DNA of 64,000 bases from Bispira polyomma (taxonomy: Eukaryota): assembly GCA_965649765.1 (NCBI GenBank), contig OZ287749.1, positions 49,042,001-49,106,000 on the forward strand. The letters are read 5' to 3'. The translations under genes and the position numbers were made by a program. The notes under the pieces are model-generated. The model was not told where the DNA came from. It ran no database searches and saw only the letters and a list, made by a program, of their open reading frames with translations. Of the stretch, positions 61,843 through 64,000 are shown piece after piece; position 1 is the first letter of the stretch; each line of letters opens with the position of its first letter.

Positions 61843-63440
61843 GTAAACCCTTGCAAGTCAAAACCAGGATATAAGAACTACACAGCTGAAAACCTGGAGG
61901 AAGGCACGAGACTCATTGACACAGGTGTATTTGTGTACAAGGCTTCATAGCTAACACGGGTTCCCCAGTCTACACTCAAGGACAGGAAGCTTGGCAATGT
62001 TGCTCGTGATGATTTTATCACTGGTCATCCGGCTGTTTTTAGTTTAGATGAAGAAAACAAGCTTAAAGCTCATGTGATAGAAATGGCCTCCATGGGATAT
62101 GGCTACACTGGACGAGAGTTGCTTGCCTAGGCTACCGATATGGCCCATTTTTTAAGCAAAATTCCTCAATATCAAAGGCTTTCCGAAGGATGACTGTACC
62201 TTGGTTTTATTAAACGACACAGAGACATTTCATTTTTTAAACCCAGATTGTTAGACATGTCAAGAGCAAAGTCTGTAACAAAAGAAATCGTAGATCAAGT
62301 ATGACTTACTTTCCTACCCAGAACTGATATTTAATATAGATGAATCAGGTTTTTCATCCGAACACTCTACTCCAAAAATAGCTTCGGCAAAGAGCCATAC
62401 TCTACAATATGTGTCATTCCCTAGATCTACTATTGTGACCTGCATTGGTAGATGCAGCTCAATTGGAAATTCTATCCAGCCCTACCTCATTTTCAAAGGC
62501 CAGAAAATGTTTGATGAACTTAAAGAAGGTTCTTCCATAGGATGTGGTTTGGGGGTCTAGGATTCAGGGTGGTCAAATTCCTTTTTGTTTCAGGTCTATT
62601 TGAAAGACCACTTTTTGAGATATGCTCCCAGGCACGAGATATGCTCCCAGGCACGAAGGTTCACGTTTGCTGCTGTTATATGATAGATCTTCCACCCATA
62701 TCAACACAGAACTAATATAATAGGCCTCAAAAGAGCACATAATACTGTTTCTTATTCCTCCCCATTCACATTCACTTGCTACAATCTCTAGATGTAGGTT
62801 GCTTCAGTCCTCTAAAGAAATGTTACAATAGTCTTGCCCACAAATATATGAAGGAAAACTTTGGTAGAATCATAAACCGATATGCAATGACTTCTTTGAT
62901 ATGCAAATCGTACTCCACAGCCATAACACAATTGAACATCAAACATTCCTTTAAAAAAACAGACATATTCCCATTTGATCCTGATAGGCCCATTGACATA
63001 GCCACAACATTCAAACCATCTGAGGCTACAACAGCTATATTTGATAAAAGACCCTGAATATCTGGTTGAAATGTTGGAATTTAGAATTCCACACCCTCAA
63101 AATGAAGTCCCCAAAAGAAGGAGCAACATTGCACAGATAGGGGGGATGGCTATCACAGAAGGCAAAGGTTAACATTTTCTACGTTAGTTCAAATGTTAAA
63201 ATTGAATTCTCACAGTTCGGATTTAGATGACAATGACAATGAACCATGTTGTGTTTGTCATCAACATATTCCCCCCACATTGCAAAATTATGCAAATCAT
63301 AAGATTGTCAATTAGGCAGTGTTCCACCCACCATAACCTGTGAACATTGGGTTCACCTGCAATTCTGCCATCCTAAAGTCAGTGTAGGACGAAATCAAAG
63401 TTTTCTGTCCTTGCTGTTTAAATTCGCAGAGTGAACAATA
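61843..63440 (+). pseudogene. pogo/Tigger-like (psq-HTH, CENP-B, DDE_1) transposase relic with C-terminal PHD-like finger
   Basis: YKNYTAENLEE...VPQSTLKDRK, IFNIDESG, PYLIFKG, SGWSNS..F, PPH....LQSLDVGCFSPLKK.Y and C-terminal CCVC...C.HWVHL.FC...F.CPCC; many stops. Confidence 0.8.
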
Positions 63441-64000
63441 ATGTATTTAATATAAGATTTTGTAAATAAAATTTTGTAAATAAAATTTTATAATGTTAGG
63501 TGATTTTTTAAGCATTACATGTGTAATATTGTAACATATGGCTAATTGTTAGTATTTACTTTTGTTTCAAAACGCCTTACAACTACCTGAAATGCTAATT
63601 AAAGAATATCTAATCAAACAAAAAGTTTCATACAAAATTTAGAACTACCCTATTTTTTCTCTCTAGTAAATTGTCCAATTTTTTGCACAACTCCCTAATT
63701 TCTGAGACAATGCTTCTGACAAGTCTAAGTTATAAAGTTCATGAATATATGGGTGATGGGCATGTGTTAGGAAAAGTGACAGACTGACTGTAATTGTGCA
63801 TTTTTAAAATAGATATTGTCAATTTATGGTGGATTACACTATAAAAGGTATGTACAACAGAACTATTTCTTAGAACAATGTGCTACGGGCATCATATTTA
63901 CTGCAATATTGTTAATGCATTAAAGTAACATCGAAACACCCAACACCGGCAAACTGCATCATTCTTTTGCAGGTGTAACTTTGAAAATATATTTAGATGT

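Overview
AT-rich, intron-containing animal genomic DNA, most likely from a marine lophotrochozoan-type invertebrate (inferred from the SINE, HINE and Ngaro repertoire). It is not prokaryotic and has no CRISPR array. I reconstructed the following host genes by hand with phase-consistent GT-AG splice sites. (1) A 7-exon, ~1402-aa type I membrane protein (minus strand, 9482->793): signal peptide, FCGBP-type IgGFc-binding N-terminal domain, mucin/proteoglycan stalk, TM and cytoplasmic tail. Its last codons and stop are amplified into a 6 x 36-bp array. (2) Two intact tandem 5-exon, 483-aa GT14 core-2/I-branching beta-1,6-GlcNAc transferase (GCNT-like) paralogs directly upstream on the same strand. 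(3) A 147-aa orphan ORF with an MGxxCxxC lipidation motif. (4) A single-exon PRRT3/PRRT4-like multipass membrane protein. Mobile DNA is abundant: a decayed Ngaro-type tyrosine-recombinase retrotransposon (~41.5-47.0 kb), L2-group and L1/Tx1 LINE fragments, tRNA-derived SINEs, Harbinger-like MITEs, HINE-like elements, and Harbinger/ISL2EU, Merlin and pogo-like transposase relics. The two best leads are (a) splice signals suggesting that the Ngaro element makes its start-less recombinase as a spliced Gag-YR fusion that skips pol, and (b) a same-strand cluster of a mucin-stalked IgGFc-domain receptor and duplicated O-glycan branching enzymes. All family assignments rest on motif recognition; no database searches were run.
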